A stretch of DNA of 64,000 bases from Acidobacteriota bacterium (GTDB lineage Bacteria > Acidobacteriota > Thermoanaerobaculia > Gp7-AA8): NCBI GenBank assembly GCA_021781455.1, contig JAJXWV010000047.1, positions 158,120-222,119 of the forward strand, written 5' to 3'. The notes under the pieces are model-generated. The model did no database searches. It was not told where the DNA came from and saw only the letters and a program-made list of their open reading frames with translations. The position numbers and the translations under genes are program-made. This document shows positions 1 through 11,796 of this stretch, piece after piece; the stretch's first letter is position 1, and every line of letters begins with the position of its first letter.

Positions 1-2142
<2,142 letters not shown>

Positions 2143-2350
2143 GTCGTCCTCAGAGCCGCGCAACGAGCGAAGGATTGGAGGCTGCGCTCTGTACGTGGCG
2201 AATTTGTGGCGCGGGAGGAGATGTCGGGTGGACTCGCGCCGGCGCCGGAATATACCAAATCCGAGCCGAGTGGCGTGGTGATGGAATGGTTGAGTTTGAA
2301 AGCGCAGGCGAGAGCGCTGAGGGATGAGACCAGAGCGCGGAGCGCCCCCC

Positions 2351-2460
2351 CGTCACTCTGAGCCGGCGCAACCGCGAGGGCGGGGTGGACGGGCGGGAGC
2401 GGTGGAGCGCGGCGAAGAGTCTCTTACCGGGACGATCAGCAGGTTTGAGACTCTTCGCCC
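2351..2460 (+). repeat. Family A CGTC-type palindromic element (truncated copy)
   Basis: CGTCACTCTGAGCCGGCG left end plus core GCGCGGCGAAGAGTCTCTTACCGGGACGAT...GAGACTCTTCGCC, shared with 11528, 26890, 33970 and 35180. Confidence 0.85.
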
Positions 2461-2475
2461 ACTACCCACCCACTC

Positions 2476-2533
2476 GTGTGGCGCGGGCTTTCCAACCAGC
2501 GAAAGAGGACAGGCTGGAAAGCCTGTCCCACAC
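2476..2533. repeat. Family B GTGG/GTAG-type REP doublet
   Basis: GTGTGG...GGCTTTCCA...GACAGGCTGGAAAGCCTGTCCCACAC; same motif at 22189, 26907, 35331 and 37835. Confidence 0.8.
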
Positions 2534-2544
2534 CGGCGGCACAC

Positions 2545-2568
2545 ACTCAGGACTCAGGACTCAGGACT
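2545..2568. repeat. Heptamer tandem (ACTCAGG)x3, single arm overlapping the decarboxylase stop
   Basis: Read directly; encodes the C-terminal VLSPES* on the minus strand. Confidence 0.85.
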
Positions 2569-3977
2569 TCGTCCACCGCCGCCCGAACGTCCTCCACCGC
2601 CATGTCGATCCGGTCCCGGTGCGTGCGGTGGGAGACGACGCAGATGCGGATCACGAAGCGGCCGCTGAGAACCGTCGGCGTCAGCATGACCCGCTTCCGC
2701 GCGTTGATGCGCTCGAGCAGATTGCGGTTCAGCTCGTTCAGCTCCTTCTCCGCCAGGCCCGGCTTCACCACGCGGAAGGCCATGATGGACAGCTGCGGCT
2801 CGGCCACGATCTCGATGCCTTTGATCTTCCGCAGCTCGGCTGTGACCACCGCAGCAAGGTCGAGCTTTTCGTCAAGTTGTTGACGGAATGGCGTGATGCC
2901 GAACATCTTCAGAGGGAGCCAGACCCGCAAGCCGCGGAAGTCGCGCGACAGCTCCGGCGAGATCTCGCAGAAGTCGACGAGCTCGTCTTCGGTCTGCATC
3001 TGCGGCAGGTAATCGGCGTGCATGCTGTGCGTGCGGCGCAGCGCCCCGGCATCGCGCAGCAGCACGGCCCCCGTGCCGAACGGCAGGAAGAGCGTCTTGT
3101 GCGGATCGAGGATCACCGAATCCGCCTCTTCCATGCCGCGCAGGCGCTCGCGGCCGCGGTCGGTCATCGCAAACAGTGCGCCGTATGCGCCGTCGACGTG
3201 GAACCACAGGCCGCTGGCCCGGGCAATGGCGGCCAGGCGGGCCAGATCGTCGACCGCGCCCGTGCCCGTCGTGCCTGCGCTGCCAATGACCAGAAACGGC
3301 GTGAAGCCTTTCTGCCGGTCGTGTTCGATCGCCTCCTCGAGGAGGTCGGTGCGCATCCGGAACTTCGCATCGACGGCGATCTCGCGGATGTTCTTCTTCG
3401 GAAAACCGGCCAGGTGCACTGCTTTCTGGAACGAGTGGTGGACCTCCGTGGAACAGTAGAGCGTCCCGCGCTGGAAGTCGCCGCCGAGACGCTCGTCCCG
3501 GGCGGTGGTGATGGCGGTGAGGTTCGCCAGCGAGCCGCCCGAGGCCAGGCCGCCGCCCGCGCCGCGCGGAAATCCGACGATCTCGCACAGCCAGCGCACC
3601 ACGTTGGCTTCGAGCTGAGCCAGCGCGGGCGCGGCGGCGCAAACGCCGACGTAGCGGTTCACGGCGTCGGCGATCAGATCAGCGACGGCGGAGTGGAAGA
3701 TGCCGCCGCCGGGGATGTACGCGAGGTAGCCGGGACCGGCCGCATTGAACGAGCGAGGGATCAGCTCATCGAAGAGCTGGTCGAGCAGCTTCTCGTACGA
3801 CTGGCCGCGCTGCGGGAGCGACTCGATGAGCGTGCGGGCGAATTCCGTTGCCCCTTCCACATTCTGGGCGGGTTGCTGCGGCAGCGATTCGATGTGAGCG
3901 ACGATGCGGTCCATCGCCTCGTCGACGAGGTGGCGCATCTCGGTGGCGTCGGGCTCGAGGGGAAAGCGCGCGGTCAT
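2547..3977 (-). CDS. Group II PLP-dependent decarboxylase (aromatic-L-amino-acid/glutamate decarboxylase family)
   Basis: GGSLANL, HHSFQKA, GTTGTGAVDDL, HVDGAYG and DPHK (PLP lysine) motifs. Confidence 0.9.
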   Translation of the reverse strand: MTARFPLEPDATEMRHLVDEAMDRIVAHIESLPQQPAQNVEGATEFARTLIESLPQRGQSYEKLLDQLFDELIPRSFNAAGPGYLAYIPGGGIFHSAVADLIADAVNRYVGVCAAAPALAQLEANVVRWLCEIVGFPRGAGGGLASGGSLANLTAITTARDERLGGDFQRGTLYCSTEVHHSFQKAVHLAGFPKKNIREIAVDAKFRMRTDLLEEAIEHDRQKGFTPFLVIGSAGTTGTGAVDDLARLAAIARASGLWFHVDGAYGALFAMTDRGRERLRGMEEADSVILDPHKTLFLPFGTGAVLLRDAGALRRTHSMHADYLPQMQTEDELVDFCEISPELSRDFRGLRVWLPLKMFGITPFRQQLDEKLDLAAVVTAELRKIKGIEIVAEPQLSIMAFRVVKPGLAEKELNELNRNLLERINARKRVMLTPTVLSGRFVIRICVVSHRTHRDRIDMAVEDVRAAVDEVLSPES

Positions 3978-3998
3978 GGCGGCGCGCATTATCGCGCA

Positions 3999-4080
3999 GG
4001 AGTGCCGGCTTCAAGCCGGCCGGCGGCCGGGCATCCTGCCCGGCCGCTGAGTCGCCGGGCTGGAAGCCCGGCGACCGGCG
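3999..4080. repeat. Family E GC-rich REP-like palindrome cluster
   Basis: GGAGTGCCGGCTTCAAGCCGGC / CCGGGCATCCTGCCCGG / CGCCGGGCTGGAAGCCCGGCG; related sequences at 22149-22170, 22386-22432 and 58330-58378. Confidence 0.7.
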
Positions 4081-4098
4081 GGCAGTATGTCCGCACTC

Positions 4099-6210
4099 CT
4101 ACCAGATCGCGCAGCGCTTCGCTTCGGCGCGAACCATCGTCTGGCCCTCGTTACAGCCGAACGCCTTCTGGAACGCCGGCATGTTCTGCACGGTGCCGTT
4201 GACGCGGAACGGGCCCTGCGCGTGCGGGTCGATCAGCGCGCGGCGGGTCTGCTCCTCAGGGGCCATGTTCTCGCCCCACACCTGCGCGAATCCGAGGAAG
4301 AAGCGCTGCTCGGGCGTGAATCCGTCGACCGTCTGGCGCGGCTTCCCTTCCTGCGATTTCTCGTAGGCGCGCAGCGCCAGCGTCGCGCCGCCGAGGTCTG
4401 CGATCTCCTCGCCGGTAACGAGCTTGCCGTTGATGTTGATCCCCGGCGCCACGTTGAATTCGCTGTACTCGTTCGAGATGCACTCCGCGCGCGACTGGAA
4501 GTTCTTCAGGTCCTCGGGCGTCCACCAGTTGCGCAGGTTGCCGTGGGCGTCGAACTTCGCGCCCTGGTCGTCGAAGCCGTGCGTCATCTCGTGGCCGATG
4601 ACCGTGCCGATGCCGCCGTAGTTGTAGGCGTCGTCGGCGTTCGGGTCGTAGAACGGCGGCTGCAGGATGCCGGCCGGGAAGGTGATGTTGTTCTGGCTGG
4701 GGTTGTAGAACGCGTTGACGGTCGGCGGCGTCATGAAGCCCCACTCGCTCGGGTCGTCGGGCTTGCCGATCTTGTTGATGTTGCGGTGATACGCGAACTG
4801 CCGCGTGGCGCGGACGTCGTTGTAGTACGAGTCCTTGCCGATCGTGACCGAGCTGTAGTCGACCCACTTGTCGGGATAGCCGATGCGGCGGCGGAAGGCG
4901 TCGAGCTTCACCAGGGCAGCCTTCTTCGTCTCCGGTCCCATCCAGCTGAGCGTCGGGATGTCCTCGCGCAGGGCGCCGACGAGGTTGTCGATCAGCGAGT
5001 TCATCTTGGCCTTGGCCTCGGGGGTGAAGTTCGTCCGGACGTACTCCTGGCCTAACAGCCAGCCGAGGGAGCGGTCGGTGGACTGCACACAGCGCTTCCA
5101 GCGCTCCTGCTGTTCCTTCTGGCCGGAGAGGATGCGGCCGTTGAAGTTGAAGTCCTCCTCCTGGAAGGCCTTGGTCAGGGCCGGGGCGGCGGCGTCGACG
5201 ATGTTCCAGCGGAGATAGGCCTTCCAGTCGTCGAGCGGGACGTCGTTGAGCAGCCGGTTCATGGCTTCGACGTACTTCGGCTGGGTCACGTTGAGGGTCG
5301 GCTGGGCGACGCCGACGCTCTGGAGGTAACTCGTCCAGTTGATCGCAGGCGCCATCGACTCGAGCTGGGCGACGGTGGTGATGTGGTACGTGTTGTCGGG
5401 ATTGCGCATCTCGACGCGCGGGAGCGTGGCCGTGGCGAGCTTGGTCTCGAGATCGAGGACGCGCCTGGCATCGGCCTCAGCGGTGGCTGCGTCCTCGCCG
5501 GCCAGAGCGAATTCCTTCGCCACGTGGGCGACGTACTCGCTGCGGATCTTCACGAAGCGGGCATCGTCGCGGAGGTAGTAATCGCGGTCGGGCAGGCCGA
5601 GGGAGCCGGCGCCTAGGGCGGCGATGATCATCGTGCTGTTCTTGAAGTCGTTGACGCCGCCGACGCGGAACAGCGGCGCGTAGCCTTCGGTGTGCAGGCG
5701 GGTCAGCTCGGCGAGGAACTGCTGGCGGTCGCTGATTCCGTTGATGCGCGCCAGCTCGGGCTGAATCGGCGTCGTACCGGCAGCTTCGATGGCTGTTTCG
5801 TTCATGCAGGCCGAGTAGAAGTCACCGAGCTTCTGCGGGTTGCTGCCGGCCGGCGCGTTCTGCGCGGCGTCGGCCTCGAGAATCTTGTGGAGCGTCTCGC
5901 GATTGCGCTCCGCGAGCTCTTCGAAGCGGCCGAAGCGCGAGTACTGCGGCGGCAGCGGATGCGAGGCGCGCCACTTCCCGACGGCGTAGTTGTAGAAGTC
6001 GTCACAGGCCTTGACGGCCGTGTCCATGCCGCCGACGTCGAAGCCGTGCGCGCCGATGAAGGCGTGCCTCGTCACCGGCTCGGAGGTGGTGGCGGCGGCG
6101 GGTGAAGCGGTGGGGGTCTCGGTGGTGGTCGAGGTGGATTTCGTCGTGGTCGAGCACGACACGATCAGGACGGCTGCAGCGACAGCGAGAAACGGCCCGG
6201 CTCTGCGCAT
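4099..6210 (-). CDS. M13 family zinc metallopeptidase (PepO/neprilysin-like), probable lipoprotein
   Basis: VNAFY, FPAGILQPPF, GHEMTHGFDDQG and GEEIADLGG motifs; lipobox-like LIVSC. Start set at ATG 6210 with AGGAGA RBS, because the longer ORF reads through a repeat. Confidence 0.93.
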   Translation of the reverse strand: MRRAGPFLAVAAAVLIVSCSTTTKSTSTTTETPTASPAAATTSEPVTRHAFIGAHGFDVGGMDTAVKACDDFYNYAVGKWRASHPLPPQYSRFGRFEELAERNRETLHKILEADAAQNAPAGSNPQKLGDFYSACMNETAIEAAGTTPIQPELARINGISDRQQFLAELTRLHTEGYAPLFRVGGVNDFKNSTMIIAALGAGSLGLPDRDYYLRDDARFVKIRSEYVAHVAKEFALAGEDAATAEADARRVLDLETKLATATLPRVEMRNPDNTYHITTVAQLESMAPAINWTSYLQSVGVAQPTLNVTQPKYVEAMNRLLNDVPLDDWKAYLRWNIVDAAAPALTKAFQEEDFNFNGRILSGQKEQQERWKRCVQSTDRSLGWLLGQEYVRTNFTPEAKAKMNSLIDNLVGALREDIPTLSWMGPETKKAALVKLDAFRRRIGYPDKWVDYSSVTIGKDSYYNDVRATRQFAYHRNINKIGKPDDPSEWGFMTPPTVNAFYNPSQNNITFPAGILQPPFYDPNADDAYNYGGIGTVIGHEMTHGFDDQGAKFDAHGNLRNWWTPEDLKNFQSRAECISNEYSEFNVAPGININGKLVTGEEIADLGGATLALRAYEKSQEGKPRQTVDGFTPEQRFFLGFAQVWGENMAPEEQTRRALIDPHAQGPFRVNGTVQNMPAFQKAFGCNEGQTMVRAEAKRCAIW

Positions 6211-6306
6211 CGGATCTCCTTTTCCTGTGGATGTGCATCCATTCGGCAGCGCATCGTATCGAAACTTTTGCAGACGGGCGCGTGAACGAACTGTGCCAGC
6301 CCCCCC

Positions 6307-6437
6307 GAGTGCTGAGTACTGAGTGCTGAGTACTGAGTGCTGAGTACTGAGCCTGAGTCCGCATCGACATGCAGTCATGCCGGGGGCAACACCGCATGGC
6401 TGCCCACTCAGTACTCAGCACTCAGTACTCAGCACTT
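6307..6437. repeat. Two-armed heptamer array: (GAGTGCT/GAGTACT)n - spacer - (ACTCAGT/ACTCAGC)n
   Basis: Inverted tandem arms around a ~45-nt spacer, between divergent genes. Confidence 0.92.
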
Positions 6438-6459
6438 GATTCGGTACACTTCGCCGCGC

Positions 6460-7779
6460 ATGAGCAGCCTCCGGCGCGAGATCGGGCTGTGGCGCGGGGT
6501 CGCCCTGAACATGATCGACATGGTCGGGATCGGCCCGTTCATCACCATCCCGTTCATCCTGGCGGCCATGGGCGGCGGCCGCGGGATGCTGGCCTGGGTG
6601 TTAGGCGGGCTGCTGGCCATCAGCGACGGACTGGTCACCGCCGAGCTCTCCGCCGAGCTTCCCGGCGCCGGCGGCTCATACGTCTTCCTCCGCAACGCCT
6701 ACGGGAAGTGGGGACGCCTGGTCTCGTTCCTCTTCCTGTTCCAGATCCTCGTCTCCGCTCCTCTGTCGATGGCCTCCGGATGCATCGGCTTTGCGAACTA
6801 CCTCGGCGTGCTGGTGCCGCGGGCCACTCATGCCGTGCCGCTCACGGCCATGATCGTCTGCATCCTGACGACGCTCCTGTTGCTCCGCCGCATCGGCGAC
6901 ATCGGCAAATTCTCGATCCTGCTCTGGATCGGGGTCCTCGGCACTCTGGCCATCGTCATCTTCGCCGGCCTGCCCCACCTGAAGCTCTCGGCGTTCCAGT
7001 TCTGGAACGCACCCCGGCTCGACGGGAAGCTCGCCTACTCCGGCCTCGGCGTCGCGCTCATCTACTCGGTCTACGACTACCTCGGCTACTACAACATCTG
7101 CTACCTCGGCGACGAGGTTCACGAGCCGTCGCGCACCATCCCCAGGGTGATCGTCATCTCCATCCTCTCCATCGGCGCCATTTACCTGGTGATGAATGCC
7201 TGCATCATCTCGGTCCTGCCGATGAAGCAGGCCATGACCTCCCAGTCGGTCGTCAGTGACTACCTCGCCGCGCTCCTCGGCACGCGCGCGGCGAGGTGGA
7301 TCTCGCTGCTCATCCTCTGGACCGCGTTCGCCTCGATCTTCTCGCTGATGCTCGGTTATTCGCGGATCCTCTACGCGGCGGCGCGAGACCGGAACTTCTT
7401 CGCGATCTTCTCGAGGCTGCACCCCACGCATGCATACCCGGTGGTGTCGCTTCTCTTCCTCGGCGGCGTGGCGGCGATCTTCTGCTGGATCCCGCTGAAG
7501 AACGTGCTTCAGGCCATCCTCTCGATCAGGGCCATCATCCCGTTCATGGCCCAGATCGTCGGCGCCGTGATCCTGCGCGTCCGCGAGCCGGAGCGCCCAC
7601 GGCCCTTCCGCATGTGGCTCTATCCGCTGCCCGCGATCGTCGCCTTGGGGCTGTGGTCGTTCATCGTCATCTCGCCCGAGAAGGGGTTGAAGGTGGGCGG
7701 GCTGTACGTGATCGCGGCGGGAATCGTGTTCTACGTCTTGAGGGAAGCGTTCGCGAAGAAATTGAAAATTGGAAATTGA
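6460..7779 (+). CDS. APC family amino acid permease
   Basis: About 12 hydrophobic segments; MVGIGPF, AELSAELPGAGGSYVFL, GDEVHEPSRTIP and RPFRMWLYP motifs. Confidence 0.9.
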   Translation: MSSLRREIGLWRGVALNMIDMVGIGPFITIPFILAAMGGGRGMLAWVLGGLLAISDGLVTAELSAELPGAGGSYVFLRNAYGKWGRLVSFLFLFQILVSAPLSMASGCIGFANYLGVLVPRATHAVPLTAMIVCILTTLLLLRRIGDIGKFSILLWIGVLGTLAIVIFAGLPHLKLSAFQFWNAPRLDGKLAYSGLGVALIYSVYDYLGYYNICYLGDEVHEPSRTIPRVIVISILSIGAIYLVMNACIISVLPMKQAMTSQSVVSDYLAALLGTRAARWISLLILWTAFASIFSLMLGYSRILYAAARDRNFFAIFSRLHPTHAYPVVSLLFLGGVAAIFCWIPLKNVLQAILSIRAIIPFMAQIVGAVILRVREPERPRPFRMWLYPLPAIVALGLWSFIVISPEKGLKVGGLYVIAAGIVFYVLREAFAKKLKIGN

Positions 7780-7838
7780 AAATTGAAAGAAGCCTCGCCA
7801 TCTTTCAATTTTCAATTTTCAATTTTCAATTTTCAATT
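7759..7838. repeat. Two-armed heptamer array (AAAATTG)n - spacer - (CAATTTT)n
   Basis: AT-rich inverted arms between convergent genes; the left arm supplies the permease C-terminus KLKIGN*. Confidence 0.92.
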
Positions 7839-7844
7839 CCCAGC

Positions 7845-8234
7845 TCACCGCGCTTCAGCGACTCCCCGCTCTCGCACCCAGAACACGGCCTGCTGCTGAA
7901 ACCGCGTCTTGTAGGCATCGATGATCTCGGCGATCTTGCGGTCGTTCTCGCCGCCCTGCGGGTGAGTCATCTCGACGACGTGCGACGCCTCCCGCTTGCC
8001 CTGCCAGTGGCCCGTGGCGCTCCATTCCGTGAAGCCGGGAAAGCGCGGCGTGATGACTTCCTCGACGAAGCCCTTCCACTCCGCATCACTGACCACTCCG
8101 CCCGGACGCGCAGTGCCGAAGTAAAGCGTGTCGATCTGCTGTACCTCGACCAGATGAACCGAGCCGCAGGCCACGAGGAGCGTCAATGCGACCAGCGCGG
8201 AGGCGCGTAGGGACGCGCAGCAGCGCGTCCGCAA
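7845..8234 (-). CDS. DUF3574-like lipoprotein (start uncertain)
   Basis: LYFG...VSDAEWKGFVEEVITPRFPGFT...G.W...REAS...YKTRFQQQAV pattern; LLVAC lipobox. Confidence 0.7.
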   Translation of the reverse strand: MRTRCCASLRASALVALTLLVACGSVHLVEVQQIDTLYFGTARPGGVVSDAEWKGFVEEVITPRFPGFTEWSATGHWQGKREASHVVEMTHPQGGENDRKIAEIIDAYKTRFQQQAVFWVRERGVAEAR

Positions 8235-8313
8235 CTCCCCGTGGCGGCGGCGTGGACGAGAGCTGCGGACGCGCTGCTGCGCGTCCCTGCACCGCACCTG
8301 CCTGTCCGGGCAT

Positions 8314-8895
8314 TCAGGTCTCATCGCGATCGATCCATTGCTCGACGGCGGGCGGTACGTACTCCGCGAAGCGCCGCAGCAGCGCGTGGGCATCGGATTC
8401 CACGATCGCGGCGCGGCGCATCTCCGGACGGATGAACGACTCGCTCACCCCGTGATCGAGGAACTCGAACAGCTTCGAGTAATAGCCGTTGACGTTGAGG
8501 AATCCGACCGGCTTGCGGTGCATGCCCAGCTGGGCCCAGGTCCAGATCTCGAAGATCTCCTCGAGGGTGCCCAGGCCGCCGGGGAGGGCGATGAAGCCGT
8601 CGGAGAGCTCCGCCATCATCGCCTTGCGCTCGTGCATGGTGTCGACGACGCGCATGGCCGTCAGGCCGGTGTGGCCGAGCTCGCGCCGGAGCAGGGCGCG
8701 CGGGATGACGCCGATGACCTGACCGCCGCGACCGATGACCTCGTCCGCCACCACGCCCATCAGCCCCACCCGCCCACCCCCGTACACCAGGGCGATGCCC
8801 TCGCGCACGAGCGCGTCCGCCAGATCGCGCGCCGCCTCGGCGTAGTCGCCGCGCGCACCCGAATAGGAGCCACAGAAGACGCAGATACGGTTCAC
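8314..8895 (-). CDS. LOG family Rossmann-fold protein (TIGR00730-like)
   Basis: ICVFCGS, LVYGGGRVGLMG, MHERK and PGGLGTLEE motifs. Confidence 0.93.
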   Translation of the reverse strand: MNRICVFCGSYSGARGDYAEAARDLADALVREGIALVYGGGRVGLMGVVADEVIGRGGQVIGVIPRALLRRELGHTGLTAMRVVDTMHERKAMMAELSDGFIALPGGLGTLEEIFEIWTWAQLGMHRKPVGFLNVNGYYSKLFEFLDHGVSESFIRPEMRRAAIVESDAHALLRRFAEYVPPAVEQWIDRDET

Positions 8896-8912
8896 GAGGG
8901 AAAGTCTATTAC

Positions 8913-9037
8913 CAGACCGCAGACCGCAGACGGCAGACCGCAGACCGCAGACGGCAGACCACAGATGCCCGGGGCGCGGTCTGTGGTCTGCGGTCTGCGG
9001 TCTGTGGTCTGCGGTCTGCCGTCTGCGGTCTGCCGTC
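8913..9037. repeat. Two-armed heptamer array (CAGACCG/CAGACGG)n - spacer - (CGGTCTG/CCGTCTG)n
   Basis: About 8 units, a ~12-nt spacer, then about 9 inverted units, between divergent genes. Confidence 0.92.
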
Positions 9038-9059
9038 TTCCATCGGCTATCCTTCGCCC

Positions 9060-10547
9060 ATGCTCAAGCGCACTCTCCCCTTTCTCCTCCTCATTCTGGC
9101 GACCGCGGCATTTGCGAGAGACATCGACCCGCGCGTGGTCGATCGAATCGTAGAGGACACCATGAAAGCCTGGAAGGTGCCGGGAGCGGCGGTGGCCATC
9201 GTGCAGGACGACCGCGTCGTCTATGCGAAGGGCTTCGGAGTGAAGGAGCTCGGGAAGCCCGACGCCGTCACGCCCGACACTCTCTTCGCCATCGCCTCCA
9301 ACTCCAAGGCCTTCACCACCGCGGCCATGGCCATCCTGGTCGACGAGAAGAAGATGTCGTGGGACGACCCGGTACGAAAATACGTCGACTACTTTCACCT
9401 CGACGATCCGTGCGCCGACTCGCTGGTCACGCTGCGGGACATCGTTTCGCATCGCACCGGCCTGTCGCGCCACGACGAGCTCTGGGACAACACGAACTGG
9501 TCCCGTGAACAGGTCATCCGCGCGATCGGCCACGTGAAACTCTCCAAACCGATCCGCACGGCCTACCAGTACAACAACATCATGTTCATGACCGCCGGCG
9601 AGGCGGTGGCCGCGGCGGCGAAGATGCCGTGGAGCGACTTCGTCCGGACGCGCATTTTCGACCCGCTCGGGATGACGCACACCCGCACGTCCATGTCCGA
9701 TTTCTACGCATCCGACCACGCCATCGGCCACAACTACGATCGGAAGAAGGACGTCATGGTCGTCCAGCCGCCCGACGACGACACCGCCCTCGGGCCCGCC
9801 GGCGCCATCAAGTCGTGCGCCAGCGACATGGGCCAGTGGATCCGCTTCCAGCTCGACGACGGCACAGTCGACGGCAAGCGCATCGTCTCCGCTGACGCGC
9901 TCGGCGAGACGAAGAAGCCGCAGATGATCATCCCGATGGACGCCGACTCGAAGCAGAACAACCCCGGCACCAACATCATGACCTACGGCATGGGCTGGGG
10001 CGTTCAGGATTATCTCGGGCAGCTGCTCGTCGCGCACGCAGGCGCGCTGAACCGGTTCCGCAGCAACGTGGCCCTCCTCCCCGACCAGCATGCCGGCGTG
10101 GCCGTGATGATCAACAGCAGCCGCGGCAACGCCGCCCTCGCCGTACGGCGTGCGATCGTCGATCTGATTCTCGGCACACCCCAGCGCGATTGGAGCGCCT
10201 TCTACCTCAGCCGCGAGAATGAAGAAATTGCGAAGGCGGAGAAGAAGAAGGCCGAAACCGAAGCCGCGTTGCCGAAGGACACGAAGCCTTCACACGACCT
10301 GAGCGCCTACGCGGGCGTCTACCAGAATGCGGGATATGGTCCGGCGACGGTTTCCTTCGAGAACGGCGGCCTCGTCCTGCGCTGGCAGAAGCTGGTCCTG
10401 CCTCTGACGCACTGGACCTATGACACGTTCTCCGCCGTGTCCGAGCCCGACGACGTCGACGAGAAAGTGCAGTTCCAGATCGCTCAGGACGGAAAGGTCA
10501 ATAGCTTGACCATCTTTGGCGAGGAGTTCGCAAAGAAGGCGGACTGA
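9060..10547 (+). CDS. Serine hydrolase, class C beta-lactamase-like, with DUF3471-like C-terminal domain
   Basis: Signal peptide; SNSK (SxxK), YNN (YxN), HAG and SHRTGL motifs. Confidence 0.88.
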   Translation: MLKRTLPFLLLILATAAFARDIDPRVVDRIVEDTMKAWKVPGAAVAIVQDDRVVYAKGFGVKELGKPDAVTPDTLFAIASNSKAFTTAAMAILVDEKKMSWDDPVRKYVDYFHLDDPCADSLVTLRDIVSHRTGLSRHDELWDNTNWSREQVIRAIGHVKLSKPIRTAYQYNNIMFMTAGEAVAAAAKMPWSDFVRTRIFDPLGMTHTRTSMSDFYASDHAIGHNYDRKKDVMVVQPPDDDTALGPAGAIKSCASDMGQWIRFQLDDGTVDGKRIVSADALGETKKPQMIIPMDADSKQNNPGTNIMTYGMGWGVQDYLGQLLVAHAGALNRFRSNVALLPDQHAGVAVMINSSRGNAALAVRRAIVDLILGTPQRDWSAFYLSRENEEIAKAEKKKAETEAALPKDTKPSHDLSAYAGVYQNAGYGPATVSFENGGLVLRWQKLVLPLTHWTYDTFSAVSEPDDVDEKVQFQIAQDGKVNSLTIFGEEFAKKAD

Positions 10548-10560
10548 CGGCCGTCAGGCA

Positions 10561-10699
10561 GCCCCTCACCCGGCTTCGCCACCCTCTCCCCGCGCGGCGG
10601 GGAGAGGGGCAACGAACATCAACACTCGCAGGAACCGCGAATCGTTGCCCTCCTCCCCGCAGCAGCGGGGAGAAGCTGGCCGAAGGCCGGATGAGGGGC
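10561..10699. repeat. Family C palindromic element (CCCCTCACCC...CTCTCCCCGC...GGGGAGAGGG)
   Basis: Terminal inverted repeats GCCCCTCA...TGAGGGGC with internal hairpins; relatives at 24270, 30438, 49585 and 62860. Confidence 0.8.
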
Positions 10700-10710
10700 G
10701 CGGAGTTCGA

Positions 10711-11046
10711 CTAGTCCAGCGTCAGAGCCGAAACGTGGATCACGCCGTCCTTCTCGTCTCCGGTGACGGTGGCGCGCAAATGATCTTTCTTGTCCGACTT
10801 CAGCAGAGCGGCCTTGGCCAGCTCGCTTCCCTTCTCGTCGAACTTCACGAACTTCCCGTCGACCACTGCACCATAGCCCGCCTTCGAGCACTGCAGAGCG
10901 CACGAGCGGGAATGTTTGTCGGGACTGGCGATGGCGTCCTTCTTCTTGGCGCAGTTGGCGTCCATCAGCGACACGTCCTTCCACGTCGTGGCGTACATCG
11001 GCAGGGCCAGGGCCAGGGCTGCGATGGTCAGGGCAATCTTCCTCAT
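10711..11046 (-). CDS. Small secreted hypothetical protein
   Basis: Signal peptide MRKIALTIAALALALPMYA; D..C...H...CAL.C...GYG pattern; GGAGAGG RBS. Confidence 0.75.
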   Translation of the reverse strand: MRKIALTIAALALALPMYATTWKDVSLMDANCAKKKDAIASPDKHSRSCALQCSKAGYGAVVDGKFVKFDEKGSELAKAALLKSDKKDHLRATVTGDEKDGVIHVSALTLD

Positions 11047-11060
11047 CTTTCCTCTCCTTT

Positions 11061-11477
11061 TCACGCGGCTTTGATCCGCATTGAACTCAAATCATTCACC
11101 CCGGCGGTCTCACGCACTTCGGCCAGGCGGGCCAGCGCGAACGCCCCAAGGGCAATTTCGATGTCGCGAACGGCGAGATCGTAATACATCCCGGTGGTCA
11201 CGAGATTGATGGCGATGGCGATCAGCCACACCATCACCACGTAGGCACCGATCCTGGTAAATCCGGCCAGAACGGCCAGGCCGACCACCATCTCGACGAC
11301 GCCGACGATGTGCATGAACGTCGTGGCGCTGATCGGGATGACTTTCGTCGCCATCGGGCTCAGGTACATCGACCAGTCGGTGAGAAAGTTGAAGAACTTG
11401 TCGAGCCCCGCCAGGAACGGCCCCACGCCGAGGCCGATGCGCAGGACCCAGTAAGCAGTGTTGAGACGGCGATCCAT
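11061..11477 (-). CDS. DoxX family membrane protein
   Basis: LRIGLG...AGLDKF...W..YL...GVVE...YYDLAVRD; four hydrophobic segments. Confidence 0.82.
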   Translation of the reverse strand: MDRRLNTAYWVLRIGLGVGPFLAGLDKFFNFLTDWSMYLSPMATKVIPISATTFMHIVGVVEMVVGLAVLAGFTRIGAYVVMVWLIAIAINLVTTGMYYDLAVRDIEIALGAFALARLAEVRETAGVNDLSSMRIKAA

Positions 11478-11527
11478 GGAAGCTCCTCCATGTCGATAGA
11501 GTCGAGACGGCTGGGATTGGTGACAGC

Positions 11528-11792
11528 GCCGCCCCCCGTCACTCTGAGCCGGCGGAGCCGCCCCCCGTCACTCTGAGCCGGCGGAGCCGCCCCCCGTCAC
11601 TCTGAGCCGGCGCAACCGCCCCCGGCGGCGTAGCGCGGCGAAGAGTCTCTTACCGGGACGATTTGTCGGGCTGGGAGCGGATCGCATGTGACAGCAGGCT
11701 CACCGCGATCGTGCAATCTGGAGACTCTTCGCCGCGCTCCGCCGCTCCGCCCAACCACCCCACCCCGCGGCTTCGCCGGCTCAGAGTGACGG
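11528..11792 (+). repeat. Family A element with its 29-bp left end triplicated
   Basis: GCCGCCCCCCGTCACTCTGAGCCGGCGGA at 11528, 11557 and 11586; right end CGCCGGCTCAGAGTGACGG. Confidence 0.9.
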
Positions 11793-11796
11793 TAGG

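Noticed and set aside
4380-4420. GEEIADLGG instead of GENIADLGG in the M13 peptidase
   Set aside because: The zinc-ligand Glu and downstream Asp are retained; a minor variant.
6307-6437. Repeat-spacer-repeat structures as possible CRISPR arrays
   Set aside because: Units are 7-bp tandem and inverted, not 23-47-bp direct repeats with regular unique spacers; no cas genes are present.
11528-11612. Three 29-bp direct repeats resembling a mini-CRISPR
   Set aside because: The repeats are contiguous with no spacers and are the terminus of the family A element.
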